A program made the translations under genes and the position numbers. The notes under the pieces are model-generated. The model had not been told where the DNA came from and did not search any database. It worked only from the letters and a program-made list of their open reading frames with translations. From assembly GCF_009914755.1 (NCBI RefSeq), contig NC_060940.1: 64,000 bases of DNA. One strand, written 5' to 3'. The stretch comes from the human T2T-CHM13v2.0 reference genome, Homo sapiens. The number at the start of each line of letters is the position of its first letter. The stretch's first letter is position 1. Shown piece by piece: positions 1 through 16,533 of the stretch.

Positions 1-125
1 AATCCATTCGATGATTCCACTCGATTCCATTCGATGACTCCATTTGATCCCATTCGATGATTTCCTTTGATTCCCTTTGATGATCATTCCATTTGATTCA
101 ATTCGGTGATTTCATTGGATTCCAT

Positions 126-3100
126 TCAGTGATGTTTCCATTCGACTCCATTCGATGATGATTCCATTCGACTCCATTCGATTATGATTTCATTCAATTC
201 CATTTGATAATGATTCCCTTCGAGTCCATTCGATGATTCCATTCGATTCCATTCAACGATGATTTGATTCGTGTCCATTCGATGATTCCATTTGATTCCA
301 CTTGTTGATGATTCCATTCGAGTCCATTTGATGATTCCATTCAATTCCATTCTCCGATGATTTCTTTTGAGCCCACTCAATGCTTCCACTCGATTCCATA
401 TGATGATGACTCCATTCGATGAAATTCGATGATGATTCCATTCGCTTGCTTTCAATGATGATTCCACTTGAGTCCGTTAGAAGATTCTATTCAATTACAT
501 TCCATGACGATTCCGTTCGAGTCCATTTGATGATTCCATTAGACTCCATTCGACGATGATTCCATTCGATGTTATTCGATGATTCCATTCGATCTCATTC
601 GTTGATGATTCCATTCAACTCTTTTCGATGTATCCATTCGAGTTCATTCTATTATTCCATTAGATTCAATTCGATGATGATTCCATTCGATTCCATTTGA
701 TGATTGCATTCTATTTCATTTGATGATGATTCCATTCGAGTCCACTCGATGATTCCATTCGAGTCTATTTAATGAATCCATTGGTTTCAATTCTATGATG
801 ATTACATTGGATTCCATTCGTTGATGATTTCATTCGGCTCCATTCAATGATGATTCTATTCAATTCCTTTCAATGTTTCCATTCAATTCCATACGATGAT
901 GATTCCATTTGATTTGATTCGACAGTGAGCCATTCGATTCAATTCCATGATGATTCTATTTTATTCAATTGGTTGACATTTCCATTCGATTCCATTCGAT
1001 GATGATTCCCTTTGATTCCATTCAAAGATGATTCCATTCTAGCCCATTCAATCATTCCATTCGATTCTATTCAATGATGATTCCATTCATGTCGATTTGG
1101 TGATTCCATTTGACTTCATTTGATGATGATTCCTTTCAAGTTCATTAGATGATTCCATTCGATTCCATTTGATGATGATCCCATTCGAGTCCATTCAGTG
1201 ATTCCATTCGTTTCCATTCCATGATGATTCCATTCCATTCCATGCAATGATTCCATTCGATTCCGTTTGATGATGATTTCATTCGAGTCCATTTGATGAT
1301 TCCATTTGATTCCATTCGATGATGATTCCATTCGAGTCCATTCGATGATTCTATTCGAATCCATTTGATGATTTCTTTTGATTATAGTTGGTGATGATTC
1401 CATTGGAGTCCATTCAATGATTCCATTCGATTCCAATCGATGGTGATTCCATTAGAGTCCATTTAATGATTCCATTTGATTCCAGTCTCTGATGATTACA
1501 TTCGAGTCCATACGATGATTCCACTCAATTCCATATCATGATGATTCCATTCGATTCCATTCGATGATTCCATTCTATTCTATTCAATGGTGATTCCATT
1601 CGGGTACATTAGATGATTCCATTCGATTCCATTCAATGATGATTCTATTTGTGTCCCTTAGATGATTCCACATGATTCCATTAGATGATGATACTATTTG
1701 AGCCCATCCAATGATTCCCTTCGATTCCATTCGATGAGGATTCCATTCGATTCAATTCATTGGTGATTTTATTCAATTCAATTCCTTGATTCCATTCCAT
1801 TCCATTCGACAATGATTCCATTCGATTTCTTTCGATGATTCCACTCGATTCCACTTGACATTGATTCCATTCAATTCCATTCAATGATTCCATTTGATTC
1901 CAGTGGATGATGATTGCCATCGATTCCGTGCGGTCACTCCATTCTATTCCATTTGATGATGATTACATTCGATCACATTTGATAATTCCATCTGATTCTA
2001 TTCGAGGATTCCATTTGATTCCATTCGATGATGATTCCATTCGAGTCCATTCGATGATTTCATTCGAGTACATCCAATGATTCCATTCGAGTCCATTTGA
2101 TGATTCCATTTGATTCCATTTGATTATGATTCTACTAGAGTCCATTCAATGACTCCATTCGAGTCCATTCAACAATTCCATTCGAGTCCATTCGATGATT
2201 CCATTCGATTCCATTTGATGATTCCATTCGAGTCCATTTAATCATTACAGTCGAGTCCATTTGGTGATTCCACTGGATTTCTTTTGATAATGATACCATT
2301 CAATTACATTTGATGATGATCCCATTCAATTTCATTTGATGATGATTCCATTAGAGTCCATTCCATGATTTCATTCGAGTCCCTTCATTGATTCCATCCG
2401 ATTTCATTGGATGATGACTCCATTCGAGTCCATTCGATGATTCCACTCGATTCCATTAGATGATTCCATTGGAGTCCATTTCATTGTTCCATTCGATTCC
2501 ATTCGATTCCTTTCGAAGATTATTCCATTTGAGTCCATTCGATGATGATTCCATTCCATTCCATTCGATGATTCCGTTTGATTCCATTCGATGATTCCAT
2601 TTGATTCCATTCGACGGTGAGCAATTCGATTCAATTCCATGATGATTCTATTTGATTCAATTAGATGATGTTTCCATTCGAATCCATTCCATGATTATTC
2701 CATTGGAATCCATTCGGCGATGATTCCATATGAGTCAATTCAATGATGATTCCATATGGGTCCGTTCGATGATAATTCCATTTGATTTCATTCGATGCTT
2801 CTATTCTATTCCAGTCGATGATGATTCCGTTGGAGTCCATACGATGATTCCATTTGATTTCATTTGATGATGATTCCATTCGATGATGATTACATTGGAT
2901 TCCATTCTATGATTCCGTTCAATTCCATTCGTTGATGATTCGATTCCATTCAATGATGATTCCATTTGAGTTCATTCGATGATTCTATTCGATTCCGTTC
3001 GATGGTGATTCAATTCTATTATATTGGATGATTCCACTCGATTCCATTTGATGATTATTCCATTGGAGTCCACTTAGTGAATCCTTTAGATTCTACTCGA

Positions 3101-5089
3101 AGATGATTCCATTCCAGTCCATTCGATGATACCATTCAATTCCATTCGTTGATGCTTCCATTCAAGTGCATTCGATGATATCATTCGATTCCATTTGATG
3201 ATAATTCCATTTGATTCCATGCGATGATTCTATTCGATTCCATTCAATGATAATTCCATTCAATTCAGTGATTCCTCTGGACTCCATTTGATGATGATTC
3301 CATTCAATGATTCCATTCGATTCTATTCGAAAATGATTCCATTTGAATCCATTTGATGATGATTCCATTAGATTCCATTTGATGATTCCATTCGATTCCA
3401 TTCGACGATGATTCCATTCGATTCCATTTGATGATTCCATTCTATTCTATTCGATGATGATTCCATTCGATTCCATTTGATGATGATTGGATTCGATTCC
3501 ATTTGATGATTTCATTTCATCCCATTCGTTAATGATTTCGGTCAATTCCATTCGATGATTCCATTCGATTCCATTCGATAATGATTACATCCGAGTCCAT
3601 TCGATGATTCCATTTGAGCCTGTTCGATAATTCCATTTGAGTCCAATCAATGATTCCATTCATTTCCATTCAATGATTCCATTCGAGTCCATTTGATCAT
3701 TCCGGTAGGGTCCATTCGATGTTGATTCCATTGGAGTGCATTCGATGATTCCACTCGAGTCCATTTTATGATTTGATTCGAGTCCTTTCGATGATTCCAT
3801 TCGATTCCACTCGATGATGATTTCATTCGAGTCCATTCGACACTTCCAATCGATTCCATTTGATGTTTCCATTCGAGTCCAATTGATGATTCCATTCAAT
3901 TCCATTCGATGATGATTCCGTACGATTCCATTCTGTGATGATTCCATGTGATTGCATTCAATGATGATTCCTTTCGATTGCATTCGATTATGATTCATTT
4001 CGTGTTCATTCTATGGTTCCACAGGTTTCCATTCGTGTCCATTCCATTATTCCATTCTATTCCATTTGATGATGATTCCATTCGATTCCATTCATTGGTG
4101 ATTCCACTCAATTCCATTCAATGATTCCATTCCATTTCTTTCAACAATGATTCCATTACTTTCTAATCGATGATCCACTTGATTCCATTTGACGACGATC
4201 CCATTCTTGTCCATTCGATGATTCCATTTGATTCCATATGATGATGATTCCATTCGATTCCATATGATGATGATTCCATTCGAGTCCATTCAATGGTGAT
4301 TCCATTCAATTCCATTCGATGATTCCTTTCGATTCCATTCGATGATGATGGCATTCGATTCCTTTCAATCATTCCCTTTGATTGCATTCAAAGGTGATTT
4401 CATTCAAGTCCATTCGATAATTGCATTGGATTCCATTCTATGATGATTCCATTCGAGTCCATTTGATGATTCCATTCAATTCAAGTCAATGATGATTCCA
4501 TTCGATTCCATTCGATGATTCCATTGGATTCCATTCGATGATGATTCCATTCAAATCCATTCGATAATTCAATTCAAGTCCATTCGATGATGATTCCAAT
4601 CGAATCCATTCAAAGATTCCATTCAGTTCCATTCGATGATTCCCTTAGATTCCATTCGATGATTCCACTTGATTCCATTTACGATGATTCCATTCGGTTC
4701 CATGTGATGATTCCATTCAATTCTATTCAATGATGTTTCCATTTGATTCCATTCGACGATGATTGCCTTTGATTCCATTCAATGATTCCATTCGGTTCCT
4801 TTTGATGATGATTCCATTCGATTCCATTTGATGATTCCATTTGATTCCATTGGATGAGTCCATTCGATTACATTCGATGATTATTCCATTCGAGTGCATT
4901 AGATGATTCCATTCGAGTCCATTCGATGATTCCATTCGATTCCATTCGATGTTGATTCTGTTCAAATCCATTCGATGATTCCACCCGATTCCATTCGATG
5001 ACTCCATTTGATCCCATTCGATGATTTCCTTTGATTCCCTTTGGTGATCATTCCATTTGATTCAATTCGGTGATTTCATTGGATTCCAT
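126..5089 (+). repeat. HOR unit 1 (4964 bp = 6112-bp unit minus a 1148-bp deletion)
   Basis: Phase anchor TCAGTGATGTTTCC at 126 and 5090; deletion junction at 2580-2598. Confidence 0.9.
2653..2663 (-). promoter_or_regulatory. Candidate DUX4 site TAATTGAATCA (also 8754-8764, 14098-14108, 19038-19048, 25121-25131)
   Basis: TGATTCAATTA on + matches the DUX4 consensus TAAYBBAATCA on -. DUX4 binding and activation of HSATII is established; function of these copies is not shown. Confidence 0.5.
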
Positions 5090-8000
5090 TCAGTGATGTT
5101 TCCATTCGACTCCATTCGATGATGATTCCATTCGACTCCATTCGATTATGATTTCATTCAATTCCATTCGATAATGATACCCTTTGAGTCCATTCGATGA
5201 TTCCATTCGATTCCATTCAACGATGATTTGATTCGTGTCCATTCGATGATTCCATTTGATTCCACTTGTTGATTATTCCATTCGAGACCATTTGATGATT
5301 CCATTCAATTCCATTCTCCGATGATTTCTTTTGAGCCCACTCAATGCTTCCACTCGATTCCATATGATGATGACTCCATTCGATGAAATTCGATGATGAT
5401 TCCATTCGCTTGCTTTCAATGATGATTCCACTTGAGTCCGTTAGAAGATTCTATTCAATTACATTCCATGACGATTCCGTTCGAGTCCATTTGATGATTC
5501 CATTAGACTCCATTCGACGATGATTCCATTCGATGTTATTCGATGATTCCATTCGATCTCATTCGTTGATGATTCCATTCAACTCTTTTCGATGTATCCA
5601 TTCGAGTTCATTCTATTATTCCATTAGATTCAATTCGATGATGATTCCATTCGATTCCATTTGATGATTGCATTCTATTTCATTTGATGATGATTCCATT
5701 CGAGTCCACTCGATGATTCCATTCGAGTCTATTTAATGAATCCATTGGTTTCAATTCTATGATGATTACATTGGATTCCATTCGTTGATGATTTCATTCG
5801 GCTCCATTCAATGATGATTCTATTCAATTCCTTTCAATGTTTCCATTCAATTCCATACGATGATGATTCCATTTGATTAGATTCGACAGTGAGCCATTCG
5901 ATTCAATTCCATGATGATTCTATTTGATTCAATTGGTTGACATTTCCATTCGATTCCATTCGATGATGATTCCCTTTGATTCCATTCAAAGATGATTCCA
6001 TTCTAGCCCATTCAATCATTCCATTCGATTCTATTCAATGATGATTCCATTCATGTCGATTTGGTGATTCCATTTGACTTCATTTGATGATGATTCCTTT
6101 CAAGTTCATTAGATGAATCCATTCGATTCCATTTGATGATGATCCCATTCGAGTCCATTCAGTGATTCCATTCGTTTCCATTCCATGATGATTCCATTCC
6201 ATTCCATTCAATGATTCCATTCGATTCCGTTTGATGATGATTTCATTCGAGTCCATTTGATGATTCCATTTGATTCCATTCGATGATGATTCCATTCGAT
6301 GATTCTATTCGAATCCATTTGATGATTTCTTTTGATTATAGTTGGTGATGATTCCATTGGAGTCCATTCAATGATTCCATTCGATTCCAATCGATGGTGA
6401 TTCCATTAGAGTCCATTTAATGATTTCGTTTGATTCCAGTCTCTGATGATTACATTCGAGTCCATACGATGATTCCACTCAATTCTTATGATGATGATTC
6501 CATTCGATTCCATTTGATGATTCCATTCTATTCTATTCAATGGTGATTCCTTTCGAGTACATTAGATGATTCCATTCGATTCCATTCAATGATGATTCTA
6601 TTTGTGTCCCTTAGATGATTCCACATGATTCCATTAGATGATGATACTATTTCAGCCCATCCAATGATTCCCTTCGATTCCATTCGATGAGGATTCCATT
6701 CGATTCAATTCATTGGTGATTCTATTCAATTCAATTCTTTGATTCCATTCCATTCCATTCGACAATGATTCCATTCGATTTCTTTCGATGATTCCACTCG
6801 ATTCCACTTGACATTGATTCCATTCGATTCCATTCAATGATTCCATTTGATTCCAGTGGATGATGATTGCCATCGATTCCATTCGATCACTCCATTCTAT
6901 TCCATTTGATGATGATTACATTCGATTCCATTTGATGATTCCATCTGATTCTATACGAGGATTCCTTTTGATTCCATTCGATGATGATTCCATTCGAGTC
7001 CATTCGATGATTTCATTCGAGTACATCCAATGATTCCATTCGAGTCCATTTGATGATTTCATTTGATTCCATTGGATTATGATTCTACTAGAGTCCATTC
7101 AATGACTCCATTCGAGTCCATTCAACAATTCCATTCGAGTCCATTCGATGAATCCATTCGATTCCATTTGATGATTCCATTTGAGTCCATTTAATCATTA
7201 CAGTCGAGTCCATTTGGTGATTCCACTGGATTTCTTTTGATAATGATACCATTCAATTACATTTGATGATGATCCCATTCAATTTCATTTGATGATGATT
7301 CCATTAGAGTCCATTCGATGATTTCATTCGAGTCCCTTCATTGATTCCATCCGATTTCATTGGATGATGACTCCATTCGAGTCCATTCGATGATTCCACT
7401 CGATTCCATTAGATGATTCCATTGGAGTCCATTTCATTGTTCCATTCGATTCCATTCGATTCCTTTCGAAGATTACTCCATTTGAGTCTATTCGATGATG
7501 ATTCCATTCCATTCCATTCGATGATTCCGTTTGATTCCATTCGATGATTCCCTTCGATTCCTTTCTTTGATGATTCCATTCCATTCCATTCAATGATTCC
7601 ATTCGAATCTATTCCATGATGATTCCTTTCGATTCCATTCGCTGATGTTTCCGTTCAATTCCATTCGATGATGATTCCATTCGATTCCATTCATTGAGGA
7701 TTCCATTTGATTCCATTCAATGATGATTCCATTCTATTCCATTCAATGATTGCATTCAATTCCATTCAATGATTATCCCATTAGAGTAAACTCAACTATT
7801 CCATTCAATACCATTCGATGATGATTCCTTTTGAGTCCATTCAATGATTTCATTCAAGTCCATTTGATGATTCCTTTCAATTCCATTCTATGATGATTCC
7901 ATTCGAGTCCATTCGATGATTCCATTCGATTGCATTCGATGATTCCATTATATTCCATTCAACGATGATTCCATTCGAGTCCATTCGATGATTCCATTAG

Positions 8001-11000
8001 AGTACATTTAATGATTGCTTTGTTTTCAATTCGAAAATGATTACATTGGATTCCATTCCATGATATCATTCGATTCCATTCAATGATGATTCCACTCAAA
8101 TCCATTGGATGATTCCATTCGTGTCCATTCGGTGATTTCATTAGATTCCATTCGAGGATGATTCCATTCGATTCCATTCGATGATTCCATTCAATTCCAT
8201 TCGATGATGATTCCATTCCAGTCCATATGATCATTCCATTTGATTTCATTCGAGGATAATTCCATTCGATTCCATTCGATGATTCCATTCTATTCCCTTC
8301 GATGATGATTCCATTCGAGTCCATTCGATGATTCCTTTCGAGTCCATTTAATGATTCCATTGGGTTCAATTCAATGATGATTACATTGGATTCCGTTCTA
8401 TGATTCCATTCAATTCCGTTCATTGACAATTTGATTCCATTCGATGATGATTCCATTTGAGTTCATTCGATGATTCCATTCGATTCCCTTCGATGGTGAT
8501 TCAATTCTATTATATTGGATGATTCCATTCGATGCCATTTGATGTTGATTCAATTCGATTCTATTCGATGATGATTCCATTGGATTTCACTTGATGATTC
8601 TATTCGATTCCATTCAATGATGATTCACTTCTCGTCCATTGGATGATTCCATTTCATTCCATTCGATGATGATTCCATTCGATTCCATTCGATGATTCCA
8701 TTTGATTCCATTCGACGGTGAGCAATTCGATTCAATTCCATGATGATTCTATTTGATTCAATTAGATGATGTTTCCATTCGAATCCATTCCATGATTATT
8801 CCATTGGAATCCATTCGGCGATGATTCCATATGAGTCAATTCAATGATGATTCCATATTGGTCCGTTCGATGATAATTCCATTTGATTTCATTCGATGCT
8901 TCTATTCTATTCCAGTCGATGATGATTCCGTTGGAGTCCATACGATGATTCCATTTGATTTCATTTGATGATGATTCCATTCGATGATGATTACATTGGA
9001 TTAAATTCTATGATTCCATTCAATTCCATTCGTTGATGATTCAATTCCATTCAATGATGATTCCATTTGAGTTCATTCGATGATTCTATTCGATTCCATT
9101 TGATGGTGATTCAATTCTATTATATTGGATGATTCCACTCGATTCCATTTGATGATTATTCCATTGGAGTCCACTTAGTGAATCCTTTAGATTCTACTCG
9201 AAGATGATTCCATTCGAGTCCATTCGATGATACCATTCAATTCCATTCGTTGATGCTTCCATTCAAGTGCATTCGATGGTATCCTTCGATTCCATTTGAT
9301 GATAATTCCATTTGATTCCATGCGATGATTCTATTCGATTCCATTCAATGATAATTCCATTCAATTCAGTGATTCCTCTGGACTCCATTTGATGATGATT
9401 CCATTCAATGATTCCATTCGATTCTATTCGAAAATGATTCCATTTGAATCCATTTGATGATGATTCCATTAGATTCCATTTGATGATTCCATTCGATTCC
9501 ATTCGACGATGATTCCATTCGATTCCATTTGATGATTTCATTCTATTCTATGCGATGATGATTCCATTCGATTCCATTTGATGATGATTGGATTCGATTC
9601 CATTTGATGATTTCATTTGATCCCATTCGTTAATGATTTCGGTCAATTCCATTCGATGATTCCATTCGATTCCATTCGATAATGATTACATCCGAGTCCA
9701 TTCGATGATTCCATTTGAGCCTGTTCGATAATTCCATTTGAGTCCAATCAATGATTCCATTCATTTCCATTCAATGATTCCATTAGAGTCCATTTGATCA
9801 TTCCGGTAGGGTCCGTTCGATGTTGATTCCATTGGAGTGCATTCGATGATTCCACTCGAGTCCATTTTATGATTTGATTCGAGTCCTTTCGATGATTCCA
9901 TTCGATTCCACTCGATGATGATTTCATTCGAGTCCATTCGACACTTCCAATCGATTCCATTTGATGTTTCCATTCGAGTCCAATTGATGATTCCATTCAA
10001 TTCCATTCGATGATGATTCCGTACGATTCCATTCTGTGATGATTCCATGTGATTGCATTCAATGATGATTCCTTTCGATTGCATTCGATTATGATTCATT
10101 TCGTGTTCATTCTATGGTTCCACAGGTTTCCATTCGTGTCCATTCCATTATTCCATTCTATTCCATTTGATGATGATTCCATTCGATTCCATTCATTGGT
10201 GATTCCACTCAATTCCATTCAATGATTCCATTCCATTTCTTTCAACAATGATTCCATTAGTTTCTAATCGATGATCCACTTGATTCCATTTGACGACGAT
10301 TCCATTCTTGTCCATTCGATGATTCCATTTGATTCCATATGATGATGATTCCATTCGATTCCATACGATGATGATTCCATTCGAGTCCATTCAATGGTGA
10401 TTCCATTCAATTCCATTCGATGATTCCTTTCGATTCCATTCGATGATGATGGCATTCGATTCCTTTCGATCATTCCATTTGATTCCATTCAAAGGTGATT
10501 TCACTCAAGTCCATTCGATAATTGCATTCGATTCCATTCTATGATGATTCCATTCGAGTCCATTTGATGATTCCATTCAATTCAAGTCAATGATGATTCC
10601 ATTCGATTCCATTCGATGATTCCATTGGATTCCATTCGATGATGATTCCATTCAAATCCATTCGATAATTCAATTCAAGTCCATTCGATGATGATTCCAA
10701 TCGAATCCATTCAAAGATTCCATTCAGTTCCATTCGATGATTCCCTTAGATTCCATTCGATGATTCCACTTGATTCCATTTACGATGATTCCATTCGATT
10801 CCATGTGATGATTCCATTCAATTCTATTCAATGATGTTTCCATTTGATTCCATTCGACCATGATTGCCTTTGATTCCATTCAATGATTCCATTCGGTTCC
10901 TTTTGATGATGATTCCATTCGATTCCATTTGATGATTCCATTTGATTCCATTGGATGAGTCCATTCGATTACATTCGATGATTATTCCATTCGAGTGCAT

Positions 11001-11190
11001 TAGATGATTCCATTCGAGTCCATTCGATGATTCCATTCGATTCCATTCGATGTTGATTCTGTTCAAATCCATTCGATGATTCCACTCGATTCCATTCGAT
11101 GACTCCATTTGATCCCATTCGATGATTTCCTTTGATTCCCTTTGGTGATCATTCCATTTGATTCAATTCGGTGATTTCATTTGATTCCAT
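5090..11190 (+). repeat. HOR unit 2 (6101 bp, essentially full length)
   Basis: Anchors at 5090 and 11191; a 10-bp loss near 6298 and a 1-bp loss near 6486 account for the 11-bp shortfall. Confidence 0.9.
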
Positions 11191-14100
11191 TCAGTGATGT
11201 TTCCATTCGACTCCATTCGATGATGATTCCATTCGACTCCATTCGATTATGATTTCATTCAATTCCATTCGATAATGATTCCCTTCGAGTCCATTCGATG
11301 ATTCCATTCGATTCCATTCAACGATGATTTGATTCGTGTCCATTCGATGATTCCATTTGATTCCACTTGTTGATGATTCCATTCGAGTCCATTTGATGAT
11401 TCCATTCAATTCCATTCTCCGATGATTTCTTTTGAGCCCACTCAATGCTTCCACTCGATTCCATATGATGATGACTCCATTCGATGAAATTCGATGATGA
11501 TTCCATTCGCTTGCTTTCAATGATGATTCCACTTGAGTCCGTTAGAAGATTCTATTCAATTACATTCCATGACGATTCCGTTCGAGTCCATTTGATGATT
11601 CCATTAGACTCCATTCGACGATGATTCCATTCGATGTTATTCGATGATTCCATTCGATCTCATTCGTTGATGATTCCATTCAACTCTTTTCGATGTATCC
11701 ATTCGAGTTCATTCTATTATTCCATTAGATTCAATTCGATGATGATTCCATTCGATTCCATTTGATGATTGCATTCTATTTCATTTGATGATGATTCCAT
11801 TCGAGTCCACTCGATGATTCCATTCGAGTCCATTTAATGAATCCATTGGTTTCAATTCTATGATGATTACATTGGATTCCATTCGTTGATGATTTCATTC
11901 GGCTCCATTCAATGATGATTCTATTCAATTCCTTTCAATGTTTCCATTCAATTCCATGCGATGATGATTCCATTTGATTTGATTCGACAGTGAGCCATTC
12001 GATTCAATTCCATGATGATTCTATTTTATTCAATTGGTTGACATTTCCATTCGATTCCATTCGATGATGATTCCCTTTGATTCCATTCAAAGATGATTCC
12101 ATTCTAGCCCATTCAATCATTCCATTCGATTCTATTCAATGATGATTCCATTCATGTCGATTTGGTGATTCCATTTGACTTCATTTGATGATGATTCCTT
12201 TCAAGTTCATTAGATGATTCCATTCGATTCCATTTGATGATGATCCCATTCGAGTCCATTCAGTGATTCCATTCGTTTCCATTCCATGATGATTCCATGC
12301 TATTCCATTCAATGATTCCATTCGATTCCGTTTGATGATGATTTCATTCGAGTCCATTTGATGCTTCCATTTGATTCCATTCGATGATGATTCCATTCGA
12401 GTCCATTCGATGATTCTATTCGAATCCATTTGATGATTTCTTTTGATTATACTTGGTGATGATTCCATTGGAGTCCATTCAATGATTCCATTCGATTCCA
12501 ATCGATGGTGATTCCATTAGAGTCCATTTAATGATTCCATTTGATTCCAGTCTCTGATGATTACATTCGAGTCCATACGATGATTCCACTCAATTCCATA
12601 TGATGATGATTCCATTCGATTCCATTCGATGATTCCATTCTATTCTATTCAATGGTGATTCCATTCGGGTACATTAGATGATTCCATTCGATTCCATTCA
12701 ATGATGATTCTATTTGTGTCCCTTAGATGATTCCACATGATTCCATTAGATGATGATACTATTTGAGCCCATCCAATGATTCCCTTCGATTCCATTCAAT
12801 GAGGATTCCATTCGATTCAATTCATTGGTGATTCTATTCAATTCAATTCTTTGATTCCATTCCATTCCATTCGACAATGATTCCATTCGATTTCTTTCGA
12901 TGATTCCACTCGATTCCACTTGACATTGATTCCATTCGATTCCATTCAATGATTCCATTTGATTCCAGTGGATGATGATTGCCATCGATTCCATTCGATC
13001 ACTCCATTCTATTCCATTTGATGATGATTACATTCGATCCCATTTGATGATTCCATCTGATTCTATTCGAGGATTCCATTTGATTCCATTCGATGATGAT
13101 TCCATTCGAGTCCATTCGATGATTTCATTCGAGTACATCCAATGATTCCATTCGAGTCCATTTGATGATTCCATTTGATTCCATTTGATTATGATTCTAC
13201 TAGAGTCCATTCAATGACTCCATTCGAGTCCATTCAACAATTCCATTCGAGTCCATTCGATGATTCCATTCGATTGCATTCGATGATTCCATTATATTCC
13301 ATTCAACGGTGATTCCATTCGAGTCCATTCGATGATTCCATTAGAGTACATTTAATGATTGCTTTGTTTTCAATTCGAAGATGATTACATTGGATTCCAT
13401 TCTATGATACCATTCGATTCCATTCAATGATGATTCCACTCAAATCCATTGGATGATTCCATTCGTGTCCATTCGGTGATTTCATTAGATTCAATTCGAG
13501 GATGATTCCATTCGATTCCATTCGATGATTCCATTCAATTCCATTCGATGATGATTCCATTCCAGTCCATATGATCATTCCATTTGATTTCATTCGATGA
13601 TGATTCCATTCGATTCCATTCGACGATTCCATTCTATTCCATTCGATGATGATTCCATTCGAGTCCATTCGATGATTCCATTCGAGTCCATTTAATGATT
13701 CCATTGGGTTCAATTCAATGATGATTACATTGGATTCTGTTCTATGATTCCATTCAATTCCGTTCATTGACAATTTGATTCCATTCGATGATGATTCCAT
13801 TTGAGTTCATTCGATGATTCTTTTCGATTCTCTTCGATGGTGATTCAATTCTATTATATTGGATGATTCCATTCGATGCCATTTGATGTTGATTCAATTC
13901 GATTCTATTCGATGATGATTCCATTGGATTTCACTTGATGATTCTATTCGATTCCATTCAATGATGATTCACTTCTCGTCCATTGGATGATTCCATTTCA
14001 TTCCATTCGATGATGATTCCATTCGATTCCATTCGATAATTCCATTTGATTCCATTCGACGGTGAGCAATTCGATTCAATTCCATGATGATTCTATTTGA

Positions 14101-16533
14101 TTCAATTAGATGATGTTTCCATTCGAATCCATTCCATGATTATTCCATTGGAATCCATTCGGCGATGATTCCATATGAGTCAATTCAATGATGATTCCAT
14201 ATGGGTCCGTTCAATGATAATTCCATTTGATTTCATTCGATGCTTCTATTCTATTCCAGTCGATGATGATTCCGTTGGAGTCCATACGATGATTCCATTT
14301 GATTTCATTTGATGATGATTCCATTCGATGACGATTACATTGGATTCCATTCTATGATTCCATTCAATTCCATTCGTTGATGATTCGATTCCATTCAATG
14401 ATGATTCCATTTGAGTTCATTCGATGATTCTATTCGATTCCGTTTGATGGTGATTCAATTCTATTATATTGGATGATTCCACTCGATTCCATTTGATGAT
14501 TATTCCATTGGAGTCCACTTAGTGAATCCTTTAGATTCTACTCGAAGATGATTCCATTCCAGTCCATTCGATGATACCATTCAATTCCATTCGTTGATGC
14601 TTCCATTCAAGTGCATTCGATGATATCATTCGATTCCATTTGATGATAATTCCATTTGATTCCATGCGATGATTCTATTCGATTCCATTCAATGATAATT
14701 CCATTCAATTCAGTGATTCCTCTGGACTCCATTTGATGATGATTCCATTCAATGATTCCATTCGATTCTATTCGAAAATGATTCCATTTGAATCCATTTG
14801 ATGATGATTCCATTAGATTCCATTTGATGATTCCATTCAATTCCATTCGACGATGATTCCATTCGATTCCATTTGATGATTCCATTCTATTCTATTCGAT
14901 GATGATTCCATTCGATTCCGTTTGATGATGATTGGATTCGATTCCATTTGATGATTTCATTTGATCCCATTCGTTAATGATTTCGGTCAATTCCATTCGA
15001 TGATTCCATTCGATTCCATTCGATAATGATTACATCCGAGTCCATTCGATGATTTCATTTAAGCCTGTTCGATAATTCCATTTGAGTCCAATCAATGATT
15101 CCATTCATTTCCATTCAATGATTCCATTCGAGTCCATTTGATCATTCCGGTAGGGTCCATTCGATGTTGATTCCATTGGAGTGCATTCGATGATTCCACT
15201 CGAGTCCATTTTATGATTTGATTCGAGTCCTTTCGATGATTCCATTCGATTCCACTCGATGATGATTTCATTCGAGTCCATTCGACACTTCCAATCGATT
15301 CCATTTGATGTTTCCATTCGAGTCCAATTGATGATTCCATTCAATTCCATTCGATGATGATTCCGTACGATTCCATTCTGTGATGATTCCATGTGATTGC
15401 ATTCAATGATGATTCCTTTCGATTGCATTCGATTATGATTCATTTCGTGTTCATTCTATGGTTCCACAGGTTTCCATTCGTGTCCATTCCATTATTCCAT
15501 TCTATTCCATTTGATGATGATTCCATTCGATTCCATTCATTGGTGATTCCACTCAATTCCATTCAATGATTCCATTCCATTTCTTTCAACAATGATTCCA
15601 TTAGTTTCTAATCGATGATCCACTTGATTCCATTTGACGACGATTCCATTCTTGTCCATTCGATGATTCCATTTGATTCCATATGATGATGATTCCATTC
15701 GATTCCATACGATGATGATTCCATTCGAGTCCATTCAATGGTGATTCCATTCAATTCCATTCGATGATTCCTTTCGATTCCATTCGATGATGATGGCATT
15801 CGATTCCTTTCAATCATTCCCTTTGATTGCATTCAAAGGTGATTTCATTCAAGTCCATTCGATAATTGCATTCGATTCCATTCTATGATGATTCCATTCG
15901 AGTCCATTTGATGATTCCATTCAATTCAAGTCAATGATGATTCCATTCGATTCCATTCGATGATTCCATTGGATTCCATTCGATGATGATTCCATTCAAA
16001 TCCATTCGATAATTCAATTCAAGTCCATTCGATGAAGATTCCAATCGAATCCATTCAAAGATTCCATTCAGTTCCATTCGATGATTCCCTTAGATTCCAT
16101 TCGATGATTCCACTTGATTCCATTTACGATGATTCCATTCGATTCCATGTGATGATTCCATCAATTCTATTCAATGAGGTTTCCATTTGATTCCATTCGA
16201 CCATGATTGCCTTTGATTCCATTCAATGATTCCATTCGGTTCCTTTTGATGATGATTCCATTCGATTCCATTTGATGATTCCATTTGATTCCATTGGATG
16301 AGTCCATTCGATTGCATTCGATGATTATTCCCTTCGAGTGCATTACATGATTCCATTCGAGTCCATTCGATGATTCCATTCGATTCCATTCGATGTTGAT
16401 TCTGTTCAAATCCATTCGATGATTCCACTCGATTCCATTCGATGACTCCATTTGATCCCATTCGATGATTTCCTATGATTCCCTTTGGTGATCATTCCAT
16501 TTGATTCAATTCGGTGATTTCATTGGATTCCAT
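11191..16533 (+). repeat. HOR unit 3 (5343 bp = 6112 - 768 - 1)
   Basis: Anchors at 11191 and 16534; deletion junction at 13240-13275; 1-bp loss near 16160. Confidence 0.9.
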
